From Camelus dromedarius (Eukaryota), in the NCBI RefSeq assembly GCF_036321535.1, contig NC_087447.1, forward strand, positions 43,960,001 through 44,024,000: a stretch of DNA of 64,000 bases. Reading direction: 5' to 3'. The notes below the pieces were generated by a model. That model saw only the letters and a list, made by a program, of their open reading frames with translations, did not search any database and was not told where the DNA came from. Made by a program: the position numbers and the translations under genes. Every line of letters starts with the position of its first letter. Within the stretch, counting starts at the first letter, position 1. This document shows positions 36,949-49,762 of the stretch, piece by piece.

Positions 36949-37585
36949 ACTGCTTTCATTTTTTTTTTCTGGGCATAAAGTAAGTGTTTAATAATTCAGC
37001 CAGGGAAGTTTTTAGCCAACTCTTTGCCCAGTATTTGGCACAGAGCAGGTGATTAAAAAAAATTCTTGTTGAAATAAATGTTTGATGATTGGGTGACCTG
37101 GTATAATTTCAAAAAACCCTTAGGAGAAATATATCAAAACCTTTCAATGATTCTGTCTGTGAATAGGAAGAGTCAAAAGCACCTGAGGAGCCTGACCTTT
37201 TCCTGCTGGCTGGAATGAAAATGCATTACCTTTGTTTGTAAAATCATACAAGAGCTGAGTTCAAAATGGTAAGAAAACAGAAGGGCTTGGAAACATGTCT
37301 GTAATTTTTATGACAAGGTTGAAATATTTTACCTTGACTTTGTATCTAGGATTTCATTCTTTACTACCTGTACTGCTTCCTTTTGTAATGAATGGAGCCC
37401 TCAGCTAAGAGCAAAATCACCCAGACTATTTCAGATCATTTTAGGCTGATGAATTGGGCATTTCTTGGATAATTATAACTGTGTCAGTCACTATGAGCTT
37501 TGAAAATGTGTAAGATCAGGTTCCTACCTTGTGGGACCTCACAATCCCAGAGTAGGGACACACAGGTGGTACCTAGTTAAAGCAC

Positions 37586-37812
37586 AGGGGGAGGGATACA
37601 TCAGGAGTTTGGGATGAGCAAATACAAACTAATATATACAAAACAGATGAACAACAAGGTCTTACTGTACAGCATAGGGAACTATTATTTAATAGCTTGT
37701 AATAACCTGTAATGAAAAAGAATACATATATATATATGTATAACTGAATCACTATGCTGTACACCAGAAACTAACAACATTGTAAGTCAACTATACTTCA
37801 ATTAAAAAAAAA
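37586..37812 (+). mobile_element. L1 3' UTR fragment with poly(A)
   Basis: ggagtttgggatgagc...tgtacagcatagggaactat...gctgtacaccagaaactaac...ctatacttcaattaaaaaaaaa. Confidence 0.88.
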
Positions 37813-39359
37813 GCCACAGGGGCATGTTAAAATTTTTCAGAGAATCACAAAACAATGCAGAAGGATGGAGAGAGTAACTCTACCAAGAAGCATTTGTCTA
37901 TTATCTGGTTGTGTGGCCATAAGAAAAGGAGCATGTGGGTATCAGCGACCCACCGCCAAAATGAACATGTTGGACAAGACAAGGTCCTTTTGGGGACTGA
38001 CAGTATAAACTTGATCTTGAGGGGGTAGGAACTATGTCTCAGTCGTCTCTCTTTCCCAGTGCCCAGGGCACTGCCTGGGCCATAGCACGCATCAGTCAAA
38101 TGCATGTTGATTGGTTGATGACTGAACTTCATCTTCCTCTACTATCCTTATAGCTCAGAATCAGGCAGAATTCCTTGCCTCAAATTGACAAGATCTCAAA
38201 CAACTGAATTTAAAGATAAATTTTACATACCTGCAGGGAGCTATTCCTGGAGTAGCACCATACCCTCATGAATCCTGCCAAAGGGCTTGAGAAGGCCTGG
38301 GTCTCAGTTTTACTTTCATAGTACTCTATCTGAAGGCTCCCTCTTCTCAACTGATGTAAGCCCCTCATCCCTCTATGATTCTCTTTGACTCTTAACACCT
38401 TGGACCACGACCACCATGTGCCTATATGCGTGAATGTGTCCTGAAGATGTATTTATAGGAGAGCAGAGTGTATGTGCACACCAAAATGTAAGAGAGTAAA
38501 TGTGAAATGTAGTGGCGTGCGTGTGCAAGATGTATGAGAGAGACGCTCTGAGTGTGGGCTTCTGTGTGTTGGTTAGTCCAGTGAGAGGAAGGGAGTTCCT
38601 TATGTCCTGCAGAATTTCCAGCTCAACCTCAAACCAGAGGCCTTCCTCCAAGTCAACAGAGTTCATGCCAGATAACAAGCCCGGGGTGGAGGATGGGGCG
38701 GAGACTCTCATGTCTCTTGCCTGTCAATGCACGGGCCTCCACCCCTACTCCTGGCAGGAGGATTCTAGTCACTGTGAAGCTCGAGATAAAGATGATCATG
38801 GAAATGCTTCTAGTCTCAGGGTTTTTGTTTGTTTGTTCCTAGAATATTAAAAAAAAAATAGTAAGCAAGCAAGCTTGGTTTTCTCTACTGAATAGATGAT
38901 GTTCTGTTAGAAGAACGGTTGTCTGGAAAATTTTTTTCCACAGACAGTTGTTTTCAGTTTATGACCTGCTCTGCTCCCAAAGGGGCATGAGAATAAATCA
39001 TTTGTTTTCCAGAAGAAGAGACAGAACCATAAAAAACAAAGGCCCAAGAAACTGATTTTTTTTTTTTACCCCTAGCTTAAACCATACTTGCCTGAGTGAA
39101 TATGTATGAATTAAGGCCCAACAGGGCTAAGGTGTAAGCGGGTCCAAGTCTGGGCCTCCAGAGACTACTTCATGAGTATTAATATTAATCTAGGATTTTC
39201 AGGGACTGCAAAACAGCTTTGTGTCAAACCACTAACACTGTTTCTGGGTCAGGCTGACTCCTGAGGCAAAGGAACTTCTCTGTACTGGGGAAGTTCAAGG
39301 TTTCTTTTCTTGTCCACCAACACCCCTACGCTCCCCCGGCATTTGCTAGTCTGTGACGA

Positions 39360-39590
39360 AACTAATGGCTAACATAGAGCAGGCCCATTTGTGGAGCTGT
39401 TGCTGTTGTAAGTACTTTGCAAGCAATAACTCACTGAATTCTCAAAATAATGCTATCAGGTAAGTGCCATTATTATCTCCATCTTAAAAGTATGGAAGCT
39501 GAAGCCTGGAGAGATTGTCACCTGCCCAAGGTGACACAGCCTGTAAGTAGGAGAGCTAGGCTTCAAACCCAGGCAGTCGGCACAGAGGTT
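39360..39590 (-). mobile_element. MIR SINE
   Basis: attatctccatcttaaaagtatggaagctgaagcc...cacctgcccaaggtgacacagc...ttcaaacccaggcagtc. Confidence 0.75.
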
Positions 39591-40489
39591 GTTTTATTAA
39601 TTGCAATCCCTCATCATCTGACTGGCCAGCCCCTGTGGTAGGCAGGTTCTAGAAACAGACTTGTAATGTGAATATGATATAAACTTACTGTTTAAAATAG
39701 AATAGAATTTTCCAATTGTGTGTTTGAAGATTGATTAACTTTTAGGATTATAACAAGGCAAATATAAAGATGAAAAACATTGAGAATTTGTTGTAATAGC
39801 CCCTGGTTACAATTTTAAAAAATGTACTCACCAGAGCAAGGAGGCTTCAGTGCTTTCTCTGCCTCTACTTTTTTATACTATCAACTTGTTGTTGCTGGAT
39901 ACATTGCTCCACCATCTGTCCACATATGCCCTCAGCTGTGTTGAATCCTGGGCACTGAATTCCCCAAAAGTATACACAAAGAGACTAATTAATGAGGAGA
40001 CTGTTGTGTGTGGTTGGAGGGGGCAGGGTACGAGGACAGTGGCTCTTCTGCAGCTGTTGGTAGGTGGAAGCCCTGGACTGCTAGGCATTCTCACTTAAGG
40101 GCCCCTCTATACTCTGGTTAATGGCTTTACTTGGGATCTACTAGATTTTTGACCAATATTCCTGTGTAACTTTGTGTTTTCTTGGGATGTCATTGGGGAA
40201 GGAGGGAAGATAAGTCAGGGTTGTCTTACCAGGTTCCACCTGAGCCTTTCTCTCTTCCAAACCAGATTTACATACATATCTTAAGAAGCCAGTAGAATCA
40301 TGATAAAGGATGGTTTGGTATAATATACCATGGCATGCTGCTTTATTGGATGATGCATTCTTGAACATACCATTGTATTTCCTACACTCTGATTTATTTG
40401 ATTAAACATTTGATTCCATGTAGAATCCGAAATCAGAGTCTCCACCCAAATTCACAACTACCTGTGACATACACTTGATTATTTCTCCA

Positions 40490-41072
40490 ACTGATTAATT
40501 ATCTGCTGTTGCATAACAAATTACCCTAAAACTCAGCAACTTAAAGCAACAAAAATTTCTTGTCTCACAGTTTCTGTGGGTCAGGAATCCAGGTGTGACT
40601 TAGTTGCGTTCTAGCTCAAGGTTTCTCATGTGATTGTAGTCAAGCTGTAGAGAGGGGCTGTGTTCTCATACAAAGGCTTGACTGGGGGAGAATGCTCTTC
40701 CAAGCTCACTCTTGAGGTTGTTTTCATACTTCAGTTCCTTGCAGGCTGTAGAACTGAAAGCCTCAGTTTCTTGTTGGCTGTTAGCTGGAGACCTCCCTCA
40801 ATTCCTTCCTTTGTGGACCTCTCCACTGGGCAGCTCACAGCATGGCAGCCTGCTTTCCTCAGAGTAGGTGAGTAAGAGAGAAGGTTAAGGTGAAATCCAC
40901 AGTCCTTTTGTAGCCTAATCTAGGATGCAGCATTCCATCACTCCGGCTGTGTTTTATTTGCTAGAAGTGAATCACTAAATCTAGCCCACAATCAAGGAGA
41001 GGGATTTACACAAAGGCATGACTATCAGGAGGTGGGGGTCAACGGGGCTCTCTTAGAGGCTGCTCATCATAC
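40490..41072 (-). mobile_element. MaLR (MLT1F/G-like) LTR
   Basis: attatctgctgttgcataacaaattaccctaaaactcagcaacttaaagcaac...ctcacagtttctgtgggtcaggaatcc. Same family as 34977-35470. Confidence 0.85.
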
Positions 41073-43670
41073 CCAATAGGACAGGGTCATTCCAACTGTG
41101 AGAATTAATTATATTCAAGCATTTGTAATCTAGTACTCCCCAAATTCTCCATCTTTTGAGTCTTACCCTTTTCATAATATCAAAATAAGATGATTCAAGC
41201 AGCCATCCTGATACTGCACAAGGTACTTTTACCTCTGCCAGTGGTATAGCCCCTTAATTTCCAGGGAGGCCTTATGTCTAGATAAACCCATCCTGAATCC
41301 TACTTCCTGATCACAGCCTGCTCCTGAGGGGTTTTCTTTGCTTTGGGGTCTTACAGTGGCCTCTTTTACTCTTCTTTCACACCAACAAAGTAACACTAAC
41401 ACTAGGTTATTTTATATAACAGATTTCTACTTAAGTTTTAGAGACAATAGGAGGTAATTATAGTCCATAAAGAAAACACTCTCAAACTTAATAGAAGACA
41501 TCATTATTCCTGGAAATATATCGGCCACTCTGCATCATTGGGGATTTCTCATTGTCCAGGAACCTCTGTACTACCTTAACCTCCTGACATATTCCTGAGG
41601 CTCTTCTCCCTCTCCAGCTTTGTAATACATCTCCTCTTTCTTCCTAATCTTCCTGAAACTGAGAATTTCTTCTTCATTTGTTTACTTTGTGATGTTTGTG
41701 CTAGGTGGGACCATCCTGATTCATCTCTGAGATTTTAGTAATGTTGACACTTGAATGAGAAGGGGCTGAAGCTTCCATCTGTCTTGTGTGGGGGCTTCAT
41801 GGGTTCCATATGTAAAATTATCCACTTCCTACTCAAAGACCAGATATATCTACATGTTTAGGGTCACTGAGAAAAGGTAGCTTTGGCAAAGACACAAAAG
41901 TTCCTACTGTGCCTTTTCCTCTGGGAGACAGGTGTTTACTCATCTAATATTTACACAATCAGGAAGGGCCATTCAAGCAGTAGGTAAGAAAATTTGTTTC
42001 GATGTAAATTTCTGTGTCCATCTAGACAAAGAAGCATTTGGCAGCCTCTATTCTAAAATATTTTAAAAGTTCCCTTCCAGGCATCCTATGACAAGAGTGT
42101 AACCTCATTTCAGAAAGAAGAAAATCTATATTTATATAAATATATAAAACAAGCCTGGAAGAAAAACACAACCAACTGTTAGAGTAGTTACATCTGAGAC
42201 ATCTGAGAAGTGAGATTATTTTAAAGGCGTTCTGTGGGAGGGGGAATGGAAGGACTAAGTAGTAAGAGAGATTTTTTACTTTATATAGTACATAAGTATG
42301 CATGTTTAAAAGAAATCAAATGTATTATTTTTTTCATTGTATTTAAAATTTAGAAGTAAAGCATCCTGGCATTAAAGAAAAAAAAGTTGTAGACAAAGAA
42401 ACACATACCAGCTTCATAATACTCCTCAGCAATGCTAAGTACCAGAAAATAATGAAACAATACATTATAGTTTTGATGGGAAAAAAGTGCAGAAGAATTT
42501 TGTCTCCAGATGTTTTTCCATTCCTGATGGTAACAGAAAGACATCCTCTGATACTCAAAGGCTCAGCAAGTACACCACATTCATGTTCATATGGAAAAAA
42601 TACGTGTGTGCGTGATATGCGTACTTCTATGTTATATTCCAGCTGCTCAGGTAAAGAATCAAAATAAAGAATCAAAATAAAGAATCAAAGAATTTTTAAT
42701 TCAAGTATAAAATGATTGAAGAAGAATACAAACATCAGTAAAATAATTCATTAATCCATTCAACAAAAAATTATTGAATGCCAATTGTGGGTCAGGCATA
42801 TTGCTAAGATGTTAAATGCATCATCAGCAAATAAAACAAAGACATCTGCTCTTACAGAACTTTCATTTTCATTACATAATATGCAAGCTGGTTCCATAAA
42901 AAGAAAAAAAAAAAAAAAGAAGCGATTCCTGGTAAGAGGCATCCAGAGTATGGGAAAGGGGGGGCCAGGTTACTATTCCCACAATGACATTTCAGAGATA
43001 GATGTAAAAACCTTAAATAAACCAATGAAAATAATATAGTTGTATATTAAAAAAATAATGTTCCCAGAATAGTATGCAAATTTTATTTTTAGAATGTAAG
43101 ATTCACTTTTTATAGTGAATATACTGTCTGTCCATCAGTAAAAGGTCAGAGGAGAAAAGTAACATAATCACTCCTGCAGATGCTATAAAATCATCCCACA
43201 AAATTTAACTTCTATTCTTCAGAAAAGTCTTAGAAAATGAGCAAGGGAGGAAATTTCCCTAACGTTAAATGAGTAACAAAATGTTCTGAAGACTGAAACA
43301 CCAGAAATATATATTTTTAATTCAGGGACAAAAAAATTATCCTTAATGTCTTCATTATTATTTAATATTACCTACTAAATTTGCAAAATAATAATAAAAT
43401 TAAAGAGAAATAAGCTATAGCTACTAAAGTAAGGAGAAAAATATTTTACGAATTCTTGATTTGTTGATCTAGAAGACCTCAGAAATTTTAACAAAAATCA
43501 TTCAAACTAACTAGAGAAGTTAGGAAAATGTCCAGATGCAAACATAAACATAAAATGGGAATAGTTGCTGCTTACCACCAGCAGTAATCTAGTCAAAATT
43601 ATGATGGTGAAATTATTTTATTCTGTGTCATCAAAACTAATTAGGCAAATTGATAAATAATTCAGAATCA

Positions 43671-43856
43671 TAGAATAAACAAGATTATACTGTATAGCAC
43701 AGGGAAATATATACAAGATCTTATGGCAGCTCACAGAGAAAAAAATGTGACAATGAGTGTGTATATGTCCATGTATGACTGAAAAATTGTGCTGAACACT
43801 GGAATTTGACACAACATTGTAAAATGATTATAAATCAATAAAAACTGTTAAAAAAA
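43671..43856 (+). mobile_element. Young 5'-truncated camelid L1 3' end
   Basis: Near-identical to 1037-1215 of the L1 at the window start. Confidence 0.93.
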
Positions 43857-44940
43857 CACAAATCAATGAAAAACAATTTAGAGAATTGTGTGTTATCTAT
43901 ATGAGGAGAATTAGAAAATATATGGAGAGATATAATAGGAGAATAAATGGAGCGATATACCATGCTCCTGAATGAGAATACTGAATTTTATAAAGGTAAT
44001 TATTTAAATCTTCTCAAATAATTTAAAGGTTTAATGCGATTTCTAATTTTTACTTGACAAAGTGATAATACAGTTCATTTTTAAAAATATATATATAGTT
44101 CTGAATAGTAAAAAAAAAGTTCCAAAAAGATAAAACAAAATGTGATGGAAAGAATAATAAAGAGAGATTTGTCTTACAAGATAATAAAGCCTACAGTAAA
44201 CCTTCAGTTATCAAGTTGCTGTGGATCTAGGGCAAGAATCAACAGTTTGATCAATGGAGCAATATAAACATTTCAGAAACCAATACTTTTATATGTAAGA
44301 ATTTAATATATAGCTAAATTTCCATCATAAATCAGTATGTAAAAGGAAGAGTGAGTATTCAATAAATGATGCTGGAACAATTGGTTAGGTCTTGGGGGAA
44401 AAATAAAGCTAGATTAAATGACTTACTGATGTGCTTAAAATTAAGACAAAATAAAACTAAGCCAAAGTGAACTAAACTAAGCTAGAATAAACTATAAATG
44501 AGCATTTTGTAAATCCCAGGAAGGGGAAATTTTTCTAAGAATGAAAGACATAGAAGAAATCACAAAGTAAAAAAACCCCAAAAATAGTGGATTTAATTAC
44601 TTAAAAGTCTAAAATTTGTTTCTCATAAGTTACCATAAAATAAAATTAAAAGAAATTTGACAACCTGGGAAATTATCTGTAGACAAAGACTTAGTCTTCT
44701 TAAAATATATTTTTAAATTACTTTTAAATCAAGATGAAATATACTGTTACCTCAATAGATAATAATGGATAAAGGACATGGACAGATAATTAACCAAGGA
44801 AGCATAAGAAGCCAAAAAATATGAAAAAAAAGCTTGATCTTTTTAGCTATGAAAGAAGCATGGGTTCAAATACCATGGAAAGGAAGTTCTCCTGACTCTA
44901 AATTTTAAAAACATTAAAAAACCCCTGTAATATTCAAAGT

Positions 44941-45106
44941 GGGGAGGGTATAGCTCAGTGGTAGAGTGAGTGCTTAGCATGCATGAGGTCCTGGGTTCAA
45001 TCTTTACTGCCTCCATTTAAATCAATCAATCAAATTACCTCTCCCCCCAAAATAAAAATAGAAACAAATTTAAATTAAAAATTTTTTAAAATTAAAAAAT
45101 AAAAAA
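44941..45106 (+). mobile_element. Camelid tRNA-derived SINE (Vic-type)
   Basis: ggggagggtatagctcagtggtagagtgagtgcttagcatgcatgaggtcctgggttcaatc followed by an A-rich tail. Confidence 0.92.
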
Positions 45107-45584
45107 CATAACACTCAGTATTACAGGGTTATAGTAGCATTAGGTATGATCCTATTCAGAAAATAATTACTTAGTCAAAGGACATTAATATTTAACTATT
45201 TTGGTGTAATTTTCTGAAATTATTTCTCAATAATTGGAACATATATTTTTAAAATAGAAGCAATTTAAAAACAGTTTGATTATCTAACAACAGAGAATCA
45301 TTAAATAGATCAATAATAGTATATTTTTTCAGCAATTAGAAATCATATTCTCAAAGGAATTATTTATTAACATTGAAAAATATTCACAATGGAAATGAAA
45401 AATTAGAATGAAAAGTTGCTTACATACCATAATCATAAATTTGTGTATATGTAAAAATAAGCACAGGAAAATAATCAAAATCTAATCTTATCTTTATGGG
45501 TGGGTTATGAATGTGTTTTCTTTTATTATCTTTATTTTTTATAATTTTTTAAATACTGAGAATTTTATATATTTTTTCCTTCCG

Positions 45585-45890
45585 GTTTTCTGAGATATAA
45601 TTGATATACAGCACTGAATAAGTTTGTGTGCAGCATAATAACTTGACTTATATGTATCACAAAATGATTATCATAAGTGTAGTGACTACTGGTCATCTCA
45701 TATAGACACAAAATAAAAGAAAAAGAAAAAAACATTTTTTCCTTGTGAAGAGAATTCTCAGGATTTACTCTCTTGACAATATTCATATATATCATCCAGC
45801 ACTATTAATTATACTTACCATGTTGTACATTACATCCCTAGTACTCACTTACATCACAACTGGAAGTTTTCCCCTTTGGCTACCTTCATC
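45585..45890 (-). mobile_element. L1 3' UTR fragment (L1MA-like)
   Basis: ctgagatataattgatatacagcactg...ccatgttgtacattacatccctagtactcact. Confidence 0.8.
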
Positions 45891-47055
45891 CAATATTACA
45901 TTTTTATAATTTAATTTTGAAACAAAGGATAAAGGGATAATTCTAAAATTGAGGAGACATGGATTCATATACTCACTAAAATATTTACCAAGTGTCTTAC
46001 TAGTTAGTGTCAGACACTGTGTCAGGTCCTCAGTATACAAAGGATGAACAAAATAGGAATGATTCCTGCAACGACCTTGCAGTTCCTGTGCCTCTCAAGA
46101 TTTGTATTTCTGATTTTCAGCCTTTCCTTTTCTAGCATTACCTCAGTCAGAATAAATAGGTTGCAGTCTTCTCATACTCAGCAACCAAAAAAAAAAAAAA
46201 AAAAAAAAAAGCTTGCTTTCCTGCAAAGAAAACCTAGCAACCAATTCTCTTAACTTCCTATCCTTTTGCTCTCTTAGGCAGCCCACCCTTGGAGCTAACT
46301 TTTTTTCTGAAAGATGACTGTGTCATCAGCAGCAGCCAAATTGCCAAATGACACCTTCCTTTCTCTCTGATGTGTTATCAGCCCGGGAGCTCAGTTTAGC
46401 AGAGTTCTGTGCTGAGGTCCCTAAAGGAATGAATTGTTTCCTTTAAATAAGCTCTAAGATGAGCTCTTGGAAGAGCTACAGTAAGCCACATTTCCCCCTA
46501 AGATTTTGCTGTTATTTCTACAATATAGTGTGTGTACACAATACACTAGTACATCAATGCTCAATGTGGATTAGGTATACTAGATTTCCTAAACAAAACT
46601 TCAGAATTTATGGAAAGTATACTAAGTGATTCCAAAATTAACCTTCACTAATGCTACTGCCCTTAATTACTGATTAGCTGGGCAAGAATTTTAAAGTATA
46701 TTTTTTCCCTCCAGTTGAAAACAGCTTTTGTCAGGCAGGCAGTCATCATTTATTAAATCCCTTCTAAGTGGCAGTAATGATCCTAGCCACTGGGGATACT
46801 GAGATGAATGAGGCAGTCTTTACCCTTATCTCCCTAACAGGGTTGAACAGAGTGTAGAGAATATTACAATGCTGGGAGCTAAGGGTTATGTCCAAGGTTT
46901 GTTCAAGAAGCTTTGGGAGCCAAAGGAGAGATCAGCTCATAAATTCTCTTAAACAGATAGTGTTCATGTTAACTTTGCAAAGATGTACAGAAGTTTGAAT
47001 GGTACACAAAACAGGCACAGGCAAAGAAGGGGCACCTGACAAGTTAAGGAACCCA

Positions 47056-47190
47056 GTGAGAAGCTCACAGCGAAAAAAATGTGACAATGAATATATGTAT
47101 GTTCATGTATAACTGAAAAATTGTGCTGTACACTGGAATTTGACACAACATTGTAAAATGACTATAACTCAATAAAAAAATGTTAAAAAA
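47056..47190 (+). mobile_element. 135-bp 5'-truncated young L1 with 10-bp target-site duplication
   Basis: L1 3' end (gctcacagcgaaaaaaatgtgacaatg...aataaaaaaatgttaaaaaa) flanked by aaggaaccca at 47046-47055 and 47191-47200. Confidence 0.93.
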
Positions 47191-47334
47191 AAGGAACCCA
47201 ACAAGAATACCATAAAGTGTTTACTAGGGTAACTGATTGACCTAAAGGTTGTCTTGCTTCTGCTGCTGCAAAGCAACTGGAAAGAATGTTAGCTTTCTCT
47301 GTTTTTCTCATTGTTTTCACTCCTCCACATTCTG

Positions 47335-47530
47335 AGAAGTTATCAAGCACTATTCTAAATCCCTTTTATAGGTATTAATCCAATAAATCTTCATGACAAC
47401 ACCATGAATAAGAAACTATCATCATCTCTAGTTTACAGATAAGAAAACTGAAGCACAGAGTAAAGAGGTAATTTACTGGGTGAGTGACAAACCAGAATTC
47501 AAAGAGGCAGATTGGATCAAAGTCTATATT
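47335..47530 (-). mobile_element. MIR SINE
   Basis: taaatcttcatgacaacaccatga...tttacagataagaaaactgaagcacagag. Confidence 0.75.
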
Positions 47531-47546
47531 CGACAACCACCACCCA

Positions 47547-48110
47547 AACAAAGGGTTCCTATGCAGAATACATAAAGAACTCCTACAAATCAAGAAGAGA
47601 AAGACAGAAAAATCCTCACAGGTTATAACCACCGAAGAAGAAATCTGAATTGGCAATAAACAGGCAAAAAGATGTTCAATCTCATTTGGATTCTGCAAAA
47701 TGCAAAGTAAAGCAACAACATAATGTCATTTTCTCTCATCAAATAGGCAGACACTAACAAGTCTGACAATATCAATTATTTGCAACAATGTTGGGAAAAT
47801 GGAATTCTCATACATCACTGGTAAAAATGTAAATTGGCATAAACAATTTCAGAAAACAATTGTTAGCAGCTAGAAAAATTAAAACTATGCAAACTTTATG
47901 ATCCAGCAGTCCACTTCCAGTAGCACAAACTAGAAAATATTCTCACATGTATGTACCACAGAACATATGAAAGTGTAGTCCATTGTTTGTGATACTATAA
48001 AGCTGACAACATAAACGTCTATTATAAAGTGAATAGACAAATAAAACTTATGTTTATAATCATGTTGTGAAATACTCTACAGTGAATAAAATTTTTGAAC
48101 CATATATAAT
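47547..48110 (+). mobile_element. Old L1M 3' fragment
   Basis: agaatacataaagaactcctacaaatcaag, aaatgcaaagtaaagcaacaac and ttatgatccagcagtccacttcc ORF2 remnants. Confidence 0.8.
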
Positions 48111-49477
48111 CTATGTCTATAAGCAATTAACCATCATTAATTCTGAGTTGTGGGAGAATTGGTATTTGTCATTCTGTGTTTTTCCAGATTGCTAAAAGTT
48201 TTGACAATGGCACAGTCTTTTAGGACAGAGATCTTAAGGCCCTTTCCACACATGATCAAAAGACCAAAATGCCTCTGAAGATGTGAATGAGGAATGGAAA
48301 GTGTCTTCAGTGGTTAGCCCACCTACTCTCAACCAGCAGGAGGACTGAAAAGGCTGGATCATTGGTATGGACACTGTGCCTGGCTGGCTCAGAATCCACT
48401 TGTCCCAGAAGTTTAGTTTTCAACTCAGTCATAACCATGATCATCCCATGTTTCCTGGCTGCAGCTTTAGATCCAGTATTCACGATGGGAAGGACCAAGG
48501 CTTTCCTCATACTTTCTACCAGGGCTCATGCTTTGGCCTGATCCTGACTTCATGGCTCTCGAGTCAAATGGAAGCGTGAGTGCTCTTTTATTCTCCCAGG
48601 GGGAACATCTGCCCTCCCTGAGTACGGCCATGCTGTGAAAAGAGAGATTACAGAGCATCCCTCTACAGCCTCTTCCTCGGTAGCTCATCACCAGGCAAAA
48701 TGTCACAGCAGCTGGCGCTCATCAGTTCACCCTCTGTGATTTCAAATACCAATTAAAATTGTGAACTCCTAATTGCCTCATTTCTAGCCACATTTTAAAG
48801 TAATTAATAAGTAATTGAGTAATGGGTTAATAATAGCTTTAATCATTTTTCTAATCATCAGTTCCTGCATATAGTCATCTTTGTGACCTGTGGGGAGGGT
48901 TGCACTCAGGTCATAACTTGCTAATAGACCCCAAGCCGATCCTATAAGGCAATCATTTCTTACCGGGGAAATTCACTTTCAGCCCCCAAAGCAGTTAAAA
49001 AAAAAAATCAGCCTTCAAGATCTGATTTGTCAGACATCTTTAAAATTTTTTTCCCTCCTTTTACATCTTCTATCCCTTTATTCTCATCCAATTTATTCTC
49101 CCACTGAAACTCAGAGGGAGGTGTCAACATCCAGGAGTGATTTCTAATTGCACTGAGGCCTTATCGCATGCCCACTCCTGAACACACACTTCCTTCCGTA
49201 GTAAGAACATTTACCAGGACTCCCAGTTCTGTTTCATCATAATTACAGCTTATAACAGCTGTTAGATATGAAGGGACTTACTAACCTTTGGGTTTTGATT
49301 CAAGGGTAAGGACAGCCACTGCATAACTACCCAGGCCACCCCAAGAGCTGTAAGCAAGACAGTCATAAATAGATCTCCCAAAGAGATTGAAACCGCTGGT
49401 CTCATGATGACCTCCATCAGTTGAGAGCCAGGGTGACTAGGTCATCTAGAAATGGGTCAGAAAAACAATGGGTGGGT

Positions 49478-49762
49478 CAAATGGGTGAAGGGATCAAAGG
49501 GTACAAAATTCCAGTTATAAAATAAAAAAGTCATGGGGATGTAATATACAGCATAGTTAATAATACTGCATATTTGAAAATTTCTAAGAGAGCAGCTCTT
49601 AAAAGTCCCTATCACAAGAAAAAATTTTTGTAACTATGTGTAGTGACAGATATTAACTAGACTTATTGTGGTGATCACTTTGCATTGCATATAAATATTA
49701 AATCATTATGTTGTACAACTGAAATGAATATGTTATATATTAATTATACCTCAATTTAAAAA
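49478..49762 (+). mobile_element. L1MA-type 3' UTR fragment
   Basis: aaatgggtgaagggatcaaagggtacaaaattccagttataaaat...aattatacctcaatttaaaaa. Confidence 0.85.

Larger units (their letters stand above)
43030..45540 (+). mobile_element. Ancient decayed L1M (ORF2 through 3' end) hosting younger insertions
   Basis: A-rich tract with ORF2-like remnants (gcagatgctataaaatcatcccacaaaatttaac ~ DAEKAFDKIQ; aaatggagcgatataccatgctcctgaatg ~ KWKDIPCSW; ttcaataaatgatgctggaacaattgg ~ FNKWCWENW). Confidence 0.75.

Noticed and set aside
38373..38850. Opposing 112-aa ORFs
   Set aside because: No recognisable domain, non-ATG nominal starts and no splice support. Consistent with chance ORFs.
39825..39930. Minus-strand donor CTG|GTGAGTA at 39831 as another alternative SYT9 coding exon
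   Set aside because: The nearby upstream ATGs all hit stops before the donor and no convincing acceptor was found. At most it is a non-coding exon, with no support from sequence alone.
44941..45015. tRNA-like sequence (also at 22090-22160, 31715-31787, 51640-51707)
   Set aside because: A/B boxes are followed by SINE body and A-rich tails, some with TSDs, and occur as several diverged copies. These are SINEs, not tRNA genes.
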